From an uncultured Planctomycetota bacterium (GTDB taxonomy: Bacteria > Planctomycetota > Planctomycetia > Isosphaerales > Isosphaeraceae): 64,000 bases of DNA. Each line of letters opens with the position of its first letter. The first letter of the stretch is position 1. The stretch covers positions 1,248,001-1,312,000 of the forward strand of contig CAWGMQ010000005.1 of NCBI GenBank assembly GCA_963823665.1, read 5' to 3'. The position numbers were made by a program, and so were the translations under genes. Below, piece after piece: positions 11,564-20,858 of the stretch. The notes under the pieces were generated by a model that did not search any database, was not told the DNA's origin, and was given only the letters and a program-made list of their open reading frames with translations.

Positions 11564-12055
11564 ATGACGATTCGAGACCAAGCCCGTCACGCACTGGGGT
11601 TGCTCAACTCCTCCCAGGTCTTCCTCCGAGCCTACGAGGATCAGCGCCTGCCTGAGGACCTGGATATCTACGTCGGTTGCCCCGAGGAGTTCTTCCTGGC
11701 ACCCGACACACTCCCGGCTTACACCGAGGGCCGCCTGATTCCGATCCTCGACGACGGCAACTTTTCCCTCATCACATTCTACGACCCTACCGGCGACGGC
11801 CTCGTCCAGAAGGACATCGAATCGCCGCATGAGGTGAGGGCCATGTTTGCGAGCTGGCAACAATACCTGGCGGACCTCATGATCCGGATCGCCGAATCGA
11901 TCGATGACGACGATCGCCTGCGCCGTGTGGCTCGTCTCATCGACTTCCATCACTTCGATGAGCTGCTGGCCTTCTTCCATGCCTGCCGGGACCAACCACC
12001 GGCCGAGGAATACGATCGACGCAAGGCACGTTTTCTCGAAGGCATCCCTGCTTGA
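11564..12055 (+). CDS. Hypothetical acidic protein (weak SMI1/KNR4 immunity-like pattern)
   Basis: GAGG before ATG 11564; LIPILDDGNFSLITFYD..FASWQQYL. Confidence 0.55.
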   Translation: MTIRDQARHALGLLNSSQVFLRAYEDQRLPEDLDIYVGCPEEFFLAPDTLPAYTEGRLIPILDDGNFSLITFYDPTGDGLVQKDIESPHEVRAMFASWQQYLADLMIRIAESIDDDDRLRRVARLIDFHHFDELLAFFHACRDQPPAEEYDRRKARFLEGIPA

Positions 12056-12191
12056 CAGCTCGCTGCGGGCCTCAGACGTCGATCGTGAGTTCTGTTCTCT
12101 GGATCACCCTTTCCAGGTCATCGCATCGTCCCGCGTCCGACTGCTTCGCACCAACTACACAATGCGACGAACAGCGAGGCCAAGCCCATTA

Positions 12192-13067
12192 CTACTGCAC
12201 CTCCGGCTTCGAGCCGTCGCCCTTCAACTCGGGGATGCGCCGATCCTGGTAGAAGCGATATCGGTGCTTCGCGTCGTGATTCTGGGTGTTTTCGTCGGAA
12301 CGGATGGCGCTCCAGACTTCGTGGTTCTTGTGGCTTAACCAGAGGCTCATGTCGGAAAACCGTGCCGCGCCGAAGAGCCACTGAGGACCCGACTGGCCCA
12401 CGCGGGCCTCGAGCACGAGGATGAGCTCGGGGTCGGTGCCGGCCGATGAGACGAGGGCGAACAGGGCGCCATCGAGGACGTCGGGATCTGTGCTCTCATA
12501 ACGGTAGAGGGGACGAGGGAGCAGCCGCAATTCCCAGGCCTTTCCCTGGTTGCTCAGGCTCCGGCCCGTGAATTCGCGAGCCAAGGCGCGAATCTGAGCC
12601 AGCCTGAGCGCCGGATTACCGGCCGGCTTGGGCGCGCTCTCCACCGGTTTCAAATCGACGCCTGGGGCCTGCGGAACCCACTGCTCCGCGGCCGCGCGGT
12701 CGACGACCAGCACCGCCAATGAAAGCGACTGCAGCTCATGACAGACCGTGCGCCGGCTTTCGCTCGTGGGATGAGAGAAGATGCTGCCGATTACCTCCGG
12801 GCGGCCGCGATACGTCCAGACGTAGACCTCACCCACCTGACCGTTGCTTCTCGTGGGATTTGTCCAGCGGTAGAGCGGTTCGCGTTTGAGCGTAAGCTTC
12901 TGAGTCCGATGGACGTCGCGGAAGATCGAGTAGCTGGCCGCATCGGCCGTGTGCAGCTCCAGCAATTGCCGGCTCTTGGCCTTGGCGGCCGGGTCCGACA
13001 GCGCGTTCTCGCCACCCTGCTGACCCGTGGAAGCGACCAGAAGAAGCAAAACGGTCGACGCATTCAT
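12192..13067 (-). CDS. Uncharacterised exported protein, paralog 1 of 6
   Basis: Signal-like MNASTVLLLLVAS; EPLYRWTNP..GRPE..ELRLLPRPLYRY..DGALF..GTDPE..LEAR. Confidence 0.85.
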   Translation of the reverse strand: MNASTVLLLLVASTGQQGGENALSDPAAKAKSRQLLELHTADAASYSIFRDVHRTQKLTLKREPLYRWTNPTRSNGQVGEVYVWTYRGRPEVIGSIFSHPTSESRRTVCHELQSLSLAVLVVDRAAAEQWVPQAPGVDLKPVESAPKPAGNPALRLAQIRALAREFTGRSLSNQGKAWELRLLPRPLYRYESTDPDVLDGALFALVSSAGTDPELILVLEARVGQSGPQWLFGAARFSDMSLWLSHKNHEVWSAIRSDENTQNHDAKHRYRFYQDRRIPELKGDGSKPEVQ

Positions 13068-13115
13068 AGGGCCACCGACCTTCGATGGAGCCATCACGAA
13101 CCTGAGCAGGGAACC

Positions 13116-13175
13116 GGACAGGCTACGAATGAAGTCGTATGACGACAAATATCGCGGACGTCGAGGTATTGTCAA
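13116..13175 (-). promoter_or_regulatory. Promoter/operator site A (putative BlaI operator) upstream of paralog 1
   Basis: Minus strand TTGACA-N16-GATATT-TGTCGTCATACGACTTCATTCGTAGCCTG. Confidence 0.75.
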
Positions 13176-13241
13176 CGAAATTCCTCGCCCCGTCGGCCGA
13201 GGCAGCGCCCGAACCAAGGAATCAATTTCTGAATTATTTCG

Positions 13242-13300
13242 TTGACAAATCATCTCCGGTGGCGATATTTGTAGTCGTGCGACTTGCTCCGTAACCTATC
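13242..13300 (+). promoter_or_regulatory. Promoter/operator site B upstream of blaI
   Basis: TTGACA-N16-GATATT-TGTAGTCGTGCGACTTGCTCCGTAACCT. Confidence 0.8.
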
Positions 13301-13312
13301 AGGACAGGATTG

Positions 13313-13722
13313 ATGTCTCGAGAGAATCCCGAGCCTTTGACGGTGGCTGAGTGGAAGGTGATGAAGATCGTGTGGCGACGAAAGAGCTGCTCTGCCCGCG
13401 AGGTGTATGAGGAGGCGGGCGAGGCACACGGCTGGGCGCCGACCACGACCAAAACGCTGCTGCGCCGCCTTGTGGAAAAGAAACACCTGACGGCAACTGC
13501 CGTGGGATCGAGTTTTCTGTACCGGCCGGCGCGCCGGCGTGGCCGTCGCTGGCTGGAGCGGCGGACGCTCTCCTCGAGAACACGCTCGAAGGCATGGGGG
13601 GCAAGCTCCTGGCGTATATGGTCAAGAAGGTTCAGTTGACGCCGGAAGACATGGCACAGCTCCGCGCGATTCTCGTCGAGCATCAGCAGGCCGCAGGAGA
13701 AGGGAGTGAGGCGCCGCCATGA
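13313..13722 (+). CDS. blaI: BlaI/MecI/CopY family repressor, frameshift near 13534
   Basis: LTVAEWKVMKIVW..WAPTTTKTLLRRLVEKKHL..FLYRP. Adding one C gives ..GGKLLAYMVKKVQLTPEDMAQLRAIL.. ending in an ATGA overlap with the next gene. Confidence 0.9.
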
Positions 13723-16700
13723 TCCCTGTCGAGCTCCTGAACACCTGGGGTGGGTTCTGGTTCGGGCTGATGACACGGACATTGTTAGAGACAACCGCCC
13801 TCCTGGGCGTGATGCTCGTGCTATGGCTGCCGCTGCGCAAGCGAATGTCGGCGAAGCTTGCGCACGGGCTTTTCTGTCTGGTGCTCCTCAAGTTGCTCAT
13901 CCCGATTCCGGTTACGGGGCCGGCATGGCAATCGCTGGGATGGAAACTCGAAGCAACGGAGTGGCTTTCGGCCTGGACGTCGCCCGGCGAACTGCCACGC
14001 CGAGAACCGGTCGCGAAGTCGCCGGAACCGCCCTGGTCGCCGCCGACGACTGGCGACCTCGGTGCGAGCCTGGCTGAGGTGTCATCTCCACAGCCGATCG
14101 GGGCCGTGGTTCAAGCGGTTTCGCCTGAGGGTGCCGGCGTGCCTGTGACCACCCCTCCCGTGGTAGAGCGCGCGAGGCCCGCGCTTTCGATCCAGGCATT
14201 CTTGATGCTCGCTTGGAGCTGTTGTGCCGGACTTCTGCTGGCGCGCTTTGCCTGGGCGATGAAGAGGACCCGGCGCCTCATGCGCCAGGCGGTACCGCTT
14301 CCGCCGGATCGTCTGCCGATCGACCTCGACGCATTGCCGCGCGCCCTTGGCCTTCGTAGCGGCGTTCGGTGGGCAGTCGATCAGAGGCTGGACTCACCCG
14401 CGGTGGGCGGCCTTTTCCGGCCGGCCGTGATCGTTCCCCCCGACCTGCACGAGAGCCTGACGCCCAACCAGTTGACGTGGGTGCTCCTTCACGAGCTGGC
14501 GCACGTGCGCCGCGGCGATCTCTGGGTGGTGATGTTTCAGCGGGTTCTGCAAGCGGTGTTCTTCTTCAACCCGGCGGTGCATCTGGCGAACTGGATCATT
14601 GACGAGCTGCGGGAATACGCTTGTGACGATGCGGCGCTCGCCGCCTGCAAGACATCAAGGGGCGAGTGCGGCGAAGGGTTCTTGACGATCATCGAGCGGT
14701 CGGCCGGGCGCCCGCCCGTTTCCGCGCCGGCCCTGGGACTTTTCGAAGGCAAACTGCTGATACGCCGTCGCCTGGTGCGTATTCTGGATAATCGCCGCAC
14801 GATTCATGCCCGGCTATCGCGGCCGGCGGCTTGCGGGCTGGTCGTGCTGGCGATCGCGCTGTTCGCACTGCCATACGGCGCGCCGGGAAGAGTCTCGGCG
14901 GGGCCGCACCGGAATCGCTCATCCGCCGGCGATTCGAGTGTGTCGATCAAAGAGCGATCGCGCGTGCCGGACGAACCAGCGAGCTACCGCCCGGGTGCGG
15001 TCTGGCACCATCAAGGGACGCAGGACCGCGGCGGAACCGCGAGCGAGGCGGGGTCTTCGATCGGCCGGACCGTGGTGCTCGCAGTCGCATATTCACCGGA
15101 CCGAACGATGCTGGCTTCGGCCGGGGATGACGCGGTGATCCGATTGCGTGATCTGGCCTCCGGCCGCTGGGCCGGGGAGCTCGAAGGACACGAAGACGCC
15201 GTCTCGTGTTTGGGCTTTTCTCCGGACGGCAAGACACTTGCGACCGGGAGCTACGATCGCACCGTGAAGCTCTGGGACGTCGGTACGCGCCGGCTACTCA
15301 AAACTTTCTGGGGGCACACCAACTGGGTGTTTTCCGTGGCATTTACACCCGACGGCGCATCTCTGGTCACGGGCGGTCACGACAAGAGCGTGCGAATCTG
15401 GGACATTCGCACCGGGCGTGAGACGGCTAGACTAGCCGGACACACGGCATCGGTTCGGGCGATTGCCGTCGCAGGCGGCGGTGGCTCGACCATGATTGCC
15501 TCCGGGGGAGCGGACCAGGCCGTGCTGGTATGGGACCTGGGCACCGGTTTGCTTCGAGCGCGGCTGGAAGGGCACAAGGGGATGGTGCGGGCGCTTGCGT
15601 TTGAGGCCGACGGCACCACGCTTGCCGCCGGTGGCGAGGACGGTGACGTAAGACTGTGGGACATGAAGTCCAACCAGCTTCGCGCGACGTTGTCCGGCCA
15701 TTCGGACATGGTAACCTGCGTGGCATTCTCGCCGGGCGGCGAGATTCTCGCCTCGGGAAGCCTTGATGCGAACGTGAAGCTCTGGGAGATGAGCTCCAGC
15801 CGCGAGCGGGCATCGCTGCAAGGCCACCTGGACGGCGTCTCTGCGCTCGCCTTTGCGCCGGACGCCCGTCAGATGGCCACGGCTGGGTTCGACGGTTCCG
15901 TCCGGCTCTGGGAGCCTGCCGCCCCGATCTTCTCTCCAACCGCTTGCCTCCCGTATCCCGGCGAGCCCAGCAATCTGGCGTTCGCGCCCGACGGCCGGTC
16001 AGTGCGAGCAGCCGGCACGGCGGGAATCATCCGGTGGGATGTGAAGTCCGGCTCGGCCGTGCCGCCTTCGGGGCAAGACGATGCGACGGCACTGGCCGCG
16101 GCTGCCGACGGCTCGCGGTACGTGACGGTCGGGCCGGGCAAGAAAGTCGTGGTGTATGACGGCCGAAGCGACAAGCGGCTTGCCACCTTCGACGGGCACG
16201 ACGGCGACGTGCGAGCGATTGCCTTTTCGGCTGATTCGCGGCAGATCGCCTCGGGTGACGATAACGGTGTCGTGCGCTTGTGGGACGCAATCGCATTGCG
16301 TTTAGCGGGATCTCTGCCTGCGCTCGAGCTTCCGATCACGTGCGTGCAGTTTTCGCCCGATGGCAAGACGCTTGCAGTCGCGACGTGCGATCTACACGAA
16401 GCGAAAAAAGGGGAAGTGACGCTGTGGAATATCGTGACGCGAGAGCTCGTTGGCGTGCTGCACGAAAATGAAAAGGGCGTCCGATCGGTCGCGTTTTCAC
16501 CAGACGGAGCGACGATCGCAACCGCCAGCGCGGTTGGGGTGATCCGACTTTGGGATGCGGCCACACGCTCGGCGCGCTTTTCATTGACATACGGCGATTG
16601 CCGATCAGTCGCGTTTTCGCCCGATGGCCGTGTTCTCGCATCTGCTCATATCGGGGGCGACGTGGTGCTCTGGAGCAGCGAGGGAGGCCGGCAGCTCGCC

Positions 16701-17798
16701 CTGCTCTCGGGTCATCGCGACGAGGTTTCGCACGTTATCTTTTCTCCCGTTGGGCATTGCCTCGCGACGGCCGGAAAGGCCGGGACCGTCAAGCTCTGGA
16801 ACCTGGGCACGCGAAGGCAGACGGCACGGGCGACCCTGAAAGGAGATCTAACCTCGGTGAGGTCGGTCGCGTACTCACCAGACGGCAAGACGCTGGCCGT
16901 CGGCGATGGTCCGAACGATGGCACCGGAACGGTGACGCTCTGGGATGCGGCAGCCAGGAAGGTGATTGCAACGCTCGGCGAGCATGAGCGAGGCGTCGTC
17001 GCTCTCGTGTTCTCGCCGGACGCAACGAGTCTCGCGTCGGGAAGCTGCGACGGCACCATCCGGATCTGGGACCTGGCGCAGTCCACGTGCCGGCATGAGC
17101 TGCCCGGGTTGAGCGGAGTGACCGAGCTTGCGTACTCGCCCGACGGCAAATTGCTGGCCTCTGCCGGGGAAGGGAACATTGTGACGATCTGGGACGTGGA
17201 GACCGGCAGAGAGGCGTGTCGACTCACGGACCTTCGGTGGCCGGTGTACAGCGTGAGCTTTTCGCCCGACGGCACTCGCCTGGCGACCGGCGGAGGGGCA
17301 CCCGACGGTCGCCCGGGTGCGCGCGGCGAGTTGAAGATCTGGGACGTGGCGAAGCGGTCGGTGGTGGGAACGCTCGACGGCCACGAGAAAGCGGTCTTGG
17401 CGGTTTGTTTCTCGCCCGACGGCCGAAACCTGGCTTCCGGCAGCCTGGACGAGACGATTCGTTTGTGGGACGTGAGATCGATGCAGAGCCAGCTCACGAT
17501 CGGGGGTATGTCCCATTGCGTGCAGGCTCTGGCGTACTCACCAGACGGCAAGACGCTGGCCTGGTCAGGGCGCCACGACGGCCTGGTTTCGCTCTGCGAT
17601 GCCGTGACGGGAGCGGAGGTCAGCCGGTTCGTCGGCCATCGTGGGCCAGTGCGGGGAATTGCGTTCGCACCTGACGGGTCGGGATTGGCCACAGGCGGCG
17701 ACGACCGATCGATCAAGCTGTGGGATGTGCAGGTTCAGGCATCGTCCCTGTCCCAGTCCACGATACGCTCAGGGGAAAACCACGGGGGCTCGAGATGA
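13719..17798 (+). CDS. BlaR1/MecR1-type M56 metallopeptidase fused to ~21 WD40 repeats
   Basis: N-terminal TMs; SPAVGGLFRPAVIVP, VLLHELAHVRRGD, FFFNP, REYACDD; TM; then 21 GH..FSPDG..WD-type repeats by manual count. Confidence 0.93.
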   Translation: MIPVELLNTWGGFWFGLMTRTLLETTALLGVMLVLWLPLRKRMSAKLAHGLFCLVLLKLLIPIPVTGPAWQSLGWKLEATEWLSAWTSPGELPRREPVAKSPEPPWSPPTTGDLGASLAEVSSPQPIGAVVQAVSPEGAGVPVTTPPVVERARPALSIQAFLMLAWSCCAGLLLARFAWAMKRTRRLMRQAVPLPPDRLPIDLDALPRALGLRSGVRWAVDQRLDSPAVGGLFRPAVIVPPDLHESLTPNQLTWVLLHELAHVRRGDLWVVMFQRVLQAVFFFNPAVHLANWIIDELREYACDDAALAACKTSRGECGEGFLTIIERSAGRPPVSAPALGLFEGKLLIRRRLVRILDNRRTIHARLSRPAACGLVVLAIALFALPYGAPGRVSAGPHRNRSSAGDSSVSIKERSRVPDEPASYRPGAVWHHQGTQDRGGTASEAGSSIGRTVVLAVAYSPDRTMLASAGDDAVIRLRDLASGRWAGELEGHEDAVSCLGFSPDGKTLATGSYDRTVKLWDVGTRRLLKTFWGHTNWVFSVAFTPDGASLVTGGHDKSVRIWDIRTGRETARLAGHTASVRAIAVAGGGGSTMIASGGADQAVLVWDLGTGLLRARLEGHKGMVRALAFEADGTTLAAGGEDGDVRLWDMKSNQLRATLSGHSDMVTCVAFSPGGEILASGSLDANVKLWEMSSSRERASLQGHLDGVSALAFAPDARQMATAGFDGSVRLWEPAAPIFSPTACLPYPGEPSNLAFAPDGRSVRAAGTAGIIRWDVKSGSAVPPSGQDDATALAAAADGSRYVTVGPGKKVVVYDGRSDKRLATFDGHDGDVRAIAFSADSRQIASGDDNGVVRLWDAIALRLAGSLPALELPITCVQFSPDGKTLAVATCDLHEAKKGEVTLWNIVTRELVGVLHENEKGVRSVAFSPDGATIATASAVGVIRLWDAATRSARFSLTYGDCRSVAFSPDGRVLASAHIGGDVVLWSSEGGRQLALLSGHRDEVSHVIFSPVGHCLATAGKAGTVKLWNLGTRRQTARATLKGDLTSVRSVAYSPDGKTLAVGDGPNDGTGTVTLWDAAARKVIATLGEHERGVVALVFSPDATSLASGSCDGTIRIWDLAQSTCRHELPGLSGVTELAYSPDGKLLASAGEGNIVTIWDVETGREACRLTDLRWPVYSVSFSPDGTRLATGGGAPDGRPGARGELKIWDVAKRSVVGTLDGHEKAVLAVCFSPDGRNLASGSLDETIRLWDVRSMQSQLTIGGMSHCVQALAYSPDGKTLAWSGRHDGLVSLCDAVTGAEVSRFVGHRGPVRGIAFAPDGSGLATGGDDRSIKLWDVQVQASSLSQSTIRSGENHGGSR

Positions 17799-19432
17799 AG
17801 CACGACCGGCGGTTCTGGATTGGAATGATGTGCTTCGCGCTGGGTGCGGCGTCTTCGGCTGCGGCCCGGGCGGATGACAACAGAACAGGCAAGACACCGG
17901 ATGCGGCTGCCGTCGCGGCAGCGAATGACGCGAGAGCGCTCGCAGGCCAGATCGACCGTCTGCTGGCTGCCAAGTGGGCCGCGGCAAAGGTCGTGCCCGC
18001 TCGTCCTGCCGATGATGCCGAGTATCTTCGCCGTGTCTACCTGGACCTTGTGGGAATGATCCCGACGGCCGCGGAAGCGCGCGACTTCCTGGACGACCGC
18101 AGCGAAGACAAGCGTTCGCGGCTGGTCGAATCACTGCTCGACAGCCCGGCTTATCTGACGCACGCCACCGCGAGCTATCGCACGTTGCTCTTGCCTGAAG
18201 CCGACTCCGGCGGCGGCCTGGGGGGTGCTGTGGGGACGTTCGAGGCGTGGCTGCGGAAAAAGGTATCCGATGGAGTCGGATACGACCAGATCGTGCGCGA
18301 GGTGCTCACCGTCCGGCTGGGCGCTCTGGGACGTCGAGGCGGCAACGCGCAGGACCCGCGTGCCGAGCCCTCGCCGCTGGCCTACTACGTCGCCAAGGAT
18401 GCCAAGCCCGAAAACCTCGCCGCCGGCGCTGCCCGGACATTCCTGGGCGTCCGACTTGAGTGCGCTCAGTGCCACAAGCATCCCTTCGACCACTGGACGC
18501 GCGAGGAGTTCTGGGGTCTGGCGGCCTTCTTCGCGGGCGTATCCAAGCAGGGGAAGGACGACGCGCATGGTCCGATCCGCGAAGTTGCCGGTCGGCGTGA
18601 AGTGGTTATCCCGGACACGAGCAAGATCGTCAAGGCAACGTTCCTCGACGGCAGCAGCCCAGAGTGGGGGCGCAAGGCGTCCGGGCGCGATCTTCTGGCC
18701 GAATGGGTCACCGCATCCGGGAACCCTTACTTCGCCCGCGCAGCGGCCAACCGCGTGTGGGCGCGGTTTTTCGGCACCGGTATCGTCGAACCGGTCGACG
18801 ATCTTCGCCCGGACAACCCGCCGTCGCACCCCGAGCTTCTGGACTTGCTGGCTCGGGAGTTTCGCTTGCACGGCTATGCGCTCAAGTTCCTGATCCGCGC
18901 GATCACGGCGACCAAGGCTTACTCGCTCACAAGCAGCGTAGGTCGCTCGGAGCTGGCGCCGGCGAGCTTATTTGCATCGATGCCGGTTCGTACGATTTCA
19001 TCAGCGCAGCTTTTCGAGACGCTCGCCCAGGCGACGGGTTTTCGCCAAGGTTCTGCCGGCATGTACTCATATGATGGATCGACGAAGGCCCGATTCCTGG
19101 AGCTATTCACCGACCGCGACGAAAGACCGACCGAAGGAGAAACGTCGATCCTGCAGGCCCTGACCCTCATGAATGGACCACTGCTGGCCAGTGTGACGAA
19201 CCCCGACACGAACGGCACGCTGGCGGCCGTCGCCGAGGCACCGTATCTGGACACCCGGGGACGAATCGAAACGCTGTACCTGGCGGCGCTATCCCGCCGT
19301 CCGTCGTCGGCCGAGCTCGAGCGGCTGGCGACTTACGTCGATCAAGGCCGCAACCCAGGCGACCGGACGAAGGCGCTTGCGGACATCTTCTGGGCTCTGC
19401 TCAACAGTCCTGAATTCCGGTTCAACCACTGA
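17795..19432 (+). CDS. DUF1549/DUF1553 planctomycete exported protein
   Basis: Signal peptide; DDAEYLRRVYLDLVG.IPT; FLGVRLECAQCHKHP (CXXCH 18461-18475); NRVW..FFG.GIVEPVDD; NPPSHPELL; WALLNSPEF.FNH. Confidence 0.93.
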   Translation: MKHDRRFWIGMMCFALGAASSAAARADDNRTGKTPDAAAVAAANDARALAGQIDRLLAAKWAAAKVVPARPADDAEYLRRVYLDLVGMIPTAAEARDFLDDRSEDKRSRLVESLLDSPAYLTHATASYRTLLLPEADSGGGLGGAVGTFEAWLRKKVSDGVGYDQIVREVLTVRLGALGRRGGNAQDPRAEPSPLAYYVAKDAKPENLAAGAARTFLGVRLECAQCHKHPFDHWTREEFWGLAAFFAGVSKQGKDDAHGPIREVAGRREVVIPDTSKIVKATFLDGSSPEWGRKASGRDLLAEWVTASGNPYFARAAANRVWARFFGTGIVEPVDDLRPDNPPSHPELLDLLAREFRLHGYALKFLIRAITATKAYSLTSSVGRSELAPASLFASMPVRTISSAQLFETLAQATGFRQGSAGMYSYDGSTKARFLELFTDRDERPTEGETSILQALTLMNGPLLASVTNPDTNGTLAAVAEAPYLDTRGRIETLYLAALSRRPSSAELERLATYVDQGRNPGDRTKALADIFWALLNSPEFRFNH

Positions 19433-19496
19433 ATTCGGCGCCAACTGCGCTCGTTGCGGCGAGGGCCCGCGAGCGTTCTCTCACGGAGAACAGATC

Positions 19497-20858
19497 ATGA
19501 GACGACCGAGCGTGCGTACGGGGGACATTTCACGGCGCCAGTTGATGCGGCTGGCTGCCGCTGGAGTTGTGGGCTTCTCAAGTTCGGGCTGGATCGAGGC
19601 TCTGGCTGACGACGCCGGCTCGAATCCGCGGCGGTGCAAATCGTGCATTCTGCTCTGGATGAGCGGCGGTCCCAGCCAGACGGATACGTTTGATCCCAAG
19701 CCGGGCCATGCCAACGGCGGGGAATTCAAGGCGATCGAAACGGCGGTGCCCGGCATATTGATCAGCGAGCACTTGCCCAAGCTCGCCAAGCAAATGAAGG
19801 ACATCGCGATCATTCGCTCGATGAGCACAAAGGAAGGGGACCACGGCCGTGCGACCTTCAACCTGCGCACCGGCTACCAGCAAACGGGCCCGATCCGCTA
19901 CCCGACGTTTGGCTCGCTCGTCGCGAAAGAGATCGGGCGGGACGAGGCCGAGCTGCCGAATTTCGTGAGCATTGCGCCGGTGCGTGCCTTCAACCCGGGT
20001 GCATTTGGACCGGGCTTCCTTGGACCGCAGTACGCTCCGCTCGTTGTCGGCGAGCGAGCTGTGCTCGACCCCCAGGGAGGCAACGACGCGCGCAATCTGT
20101 CGTTCAAAGTCGACGATCTTGACCTGCCGGCGGGGGTGAACCATCACCGAGCCGACTCGCGGCTCGAATTGCTGGACTCATTCCGACAGGAATTCATGTC
20201 GAGTCACCCCGGCTCCGGCCCCGTGAGCCACCAGGATGCTTATCTTCGAGCGGTTCGCTTGATGAGGTCAGCGGCGGCGAAGGCGTTTGACCTCGAGGAA
20301 GAACCGGCGCCGGTTCGCGACGCCTACGGCCGGACTGCGTTCGGCCAAGGGTGCCTGCTCGCCCGCCGGCTGGTCGAGCGGGGCGTGCCGTTCGTCGAGG
20401 TCACGCTCTCCTCAGCCGGAGCCGCAACACCGGCCGGTTGGGACACGCACCAGCAGAACTTCGATCAGGTCAAGGCATTGAGCGCGGTGCTTGACCCGGC
20501 GTGGTCCGCCCTGATGAATGACCTGCGCAGGCTGGGGCGGCTGGATTCGACGTTGATCGTGTGGATGGGCGAATTCGGCCGGACGCCAAAGATCAACGGG
20601 CAGGCGGGGCGAGATCACTTCCCGGGTGCCTGGACGACGGTCATGGCCGGAGGCGGAATCAAGGGGGGCCAGACAATCGGCACCTCGGGCGCGGACGGGA
20701 TGGAGGCAAAAGGGCGGCCCGTGACGGTGCCCGACTTGTTGTCAACGGTCTGTAAGGGGCTGGGCGTCAATCCGCTCGCGCAAAACGAGTCGGGCCTGGG
20801 CCGTCCGATCCGTGTTGTTGATCCCAAGGCCAAAGCGATTCAGGAGATTCTGGCATGA
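19497..20858 (+). CDS. DUF1501 domain protein with Tat signal
   Basis: SRRQLM; CILLWMSGGPSQTDTFDPK; GQGCLLARRLVE.GV.FVEV; GWDTH; GEFGRTP; GRDH. Confidence 0.95.
   Translation: MRRPSVRTGDISRRQLMRLAAAGVVGFSSSGWIEALADDAGSNPRRCKSCILLWMSGGPSQTDTFDPKPGHANGGEFKAIETAVPGILISEHLPKLAKQMKDIAIIRSMSTKEGDHGRATFNLRTGYQQTGPIRYPTFGSLVAKEIGRDEAELPNFVSIAPVRAFNPGAFGPGFLGPQYAPLVVGERAVLDPQGGNDARNLSFKVDDLDLPAGVNHHRADSRLELLDSFRQEFMSSHPGSGPVSHQDAYLRAVRLMRSAAAKAFDLEEEPAPVRDAYGRTAFGQGCLLARRLVERGVPFVEVTLSSAGAATPAGWDTHQQNFDQVKALSAVLDPAWSALMNDLRRLGRLDSTLIVWMGEFGRTPKINGQAGRDHFPGAWTTVMAGGGIKGGQTIGTSGADGMEAKGRPVTVPDLLSTVCKGLGVNPLAQNESGLGRPIRVVDPKAKAIQEILA

Noticed and set aside
13310..13639. Short BlaI with a novel basic C-terminus
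   Set aside because: The normal dimerisation helices continue in the adjacent frame up to an ATGA overlap, so this is a frameshift product.
13313..17798. Beta-lactam resistance locus
   Set aside because: No beta-lactamase or PBP in the window, and the sensor domain is WD40 rather than penicillin-binding.
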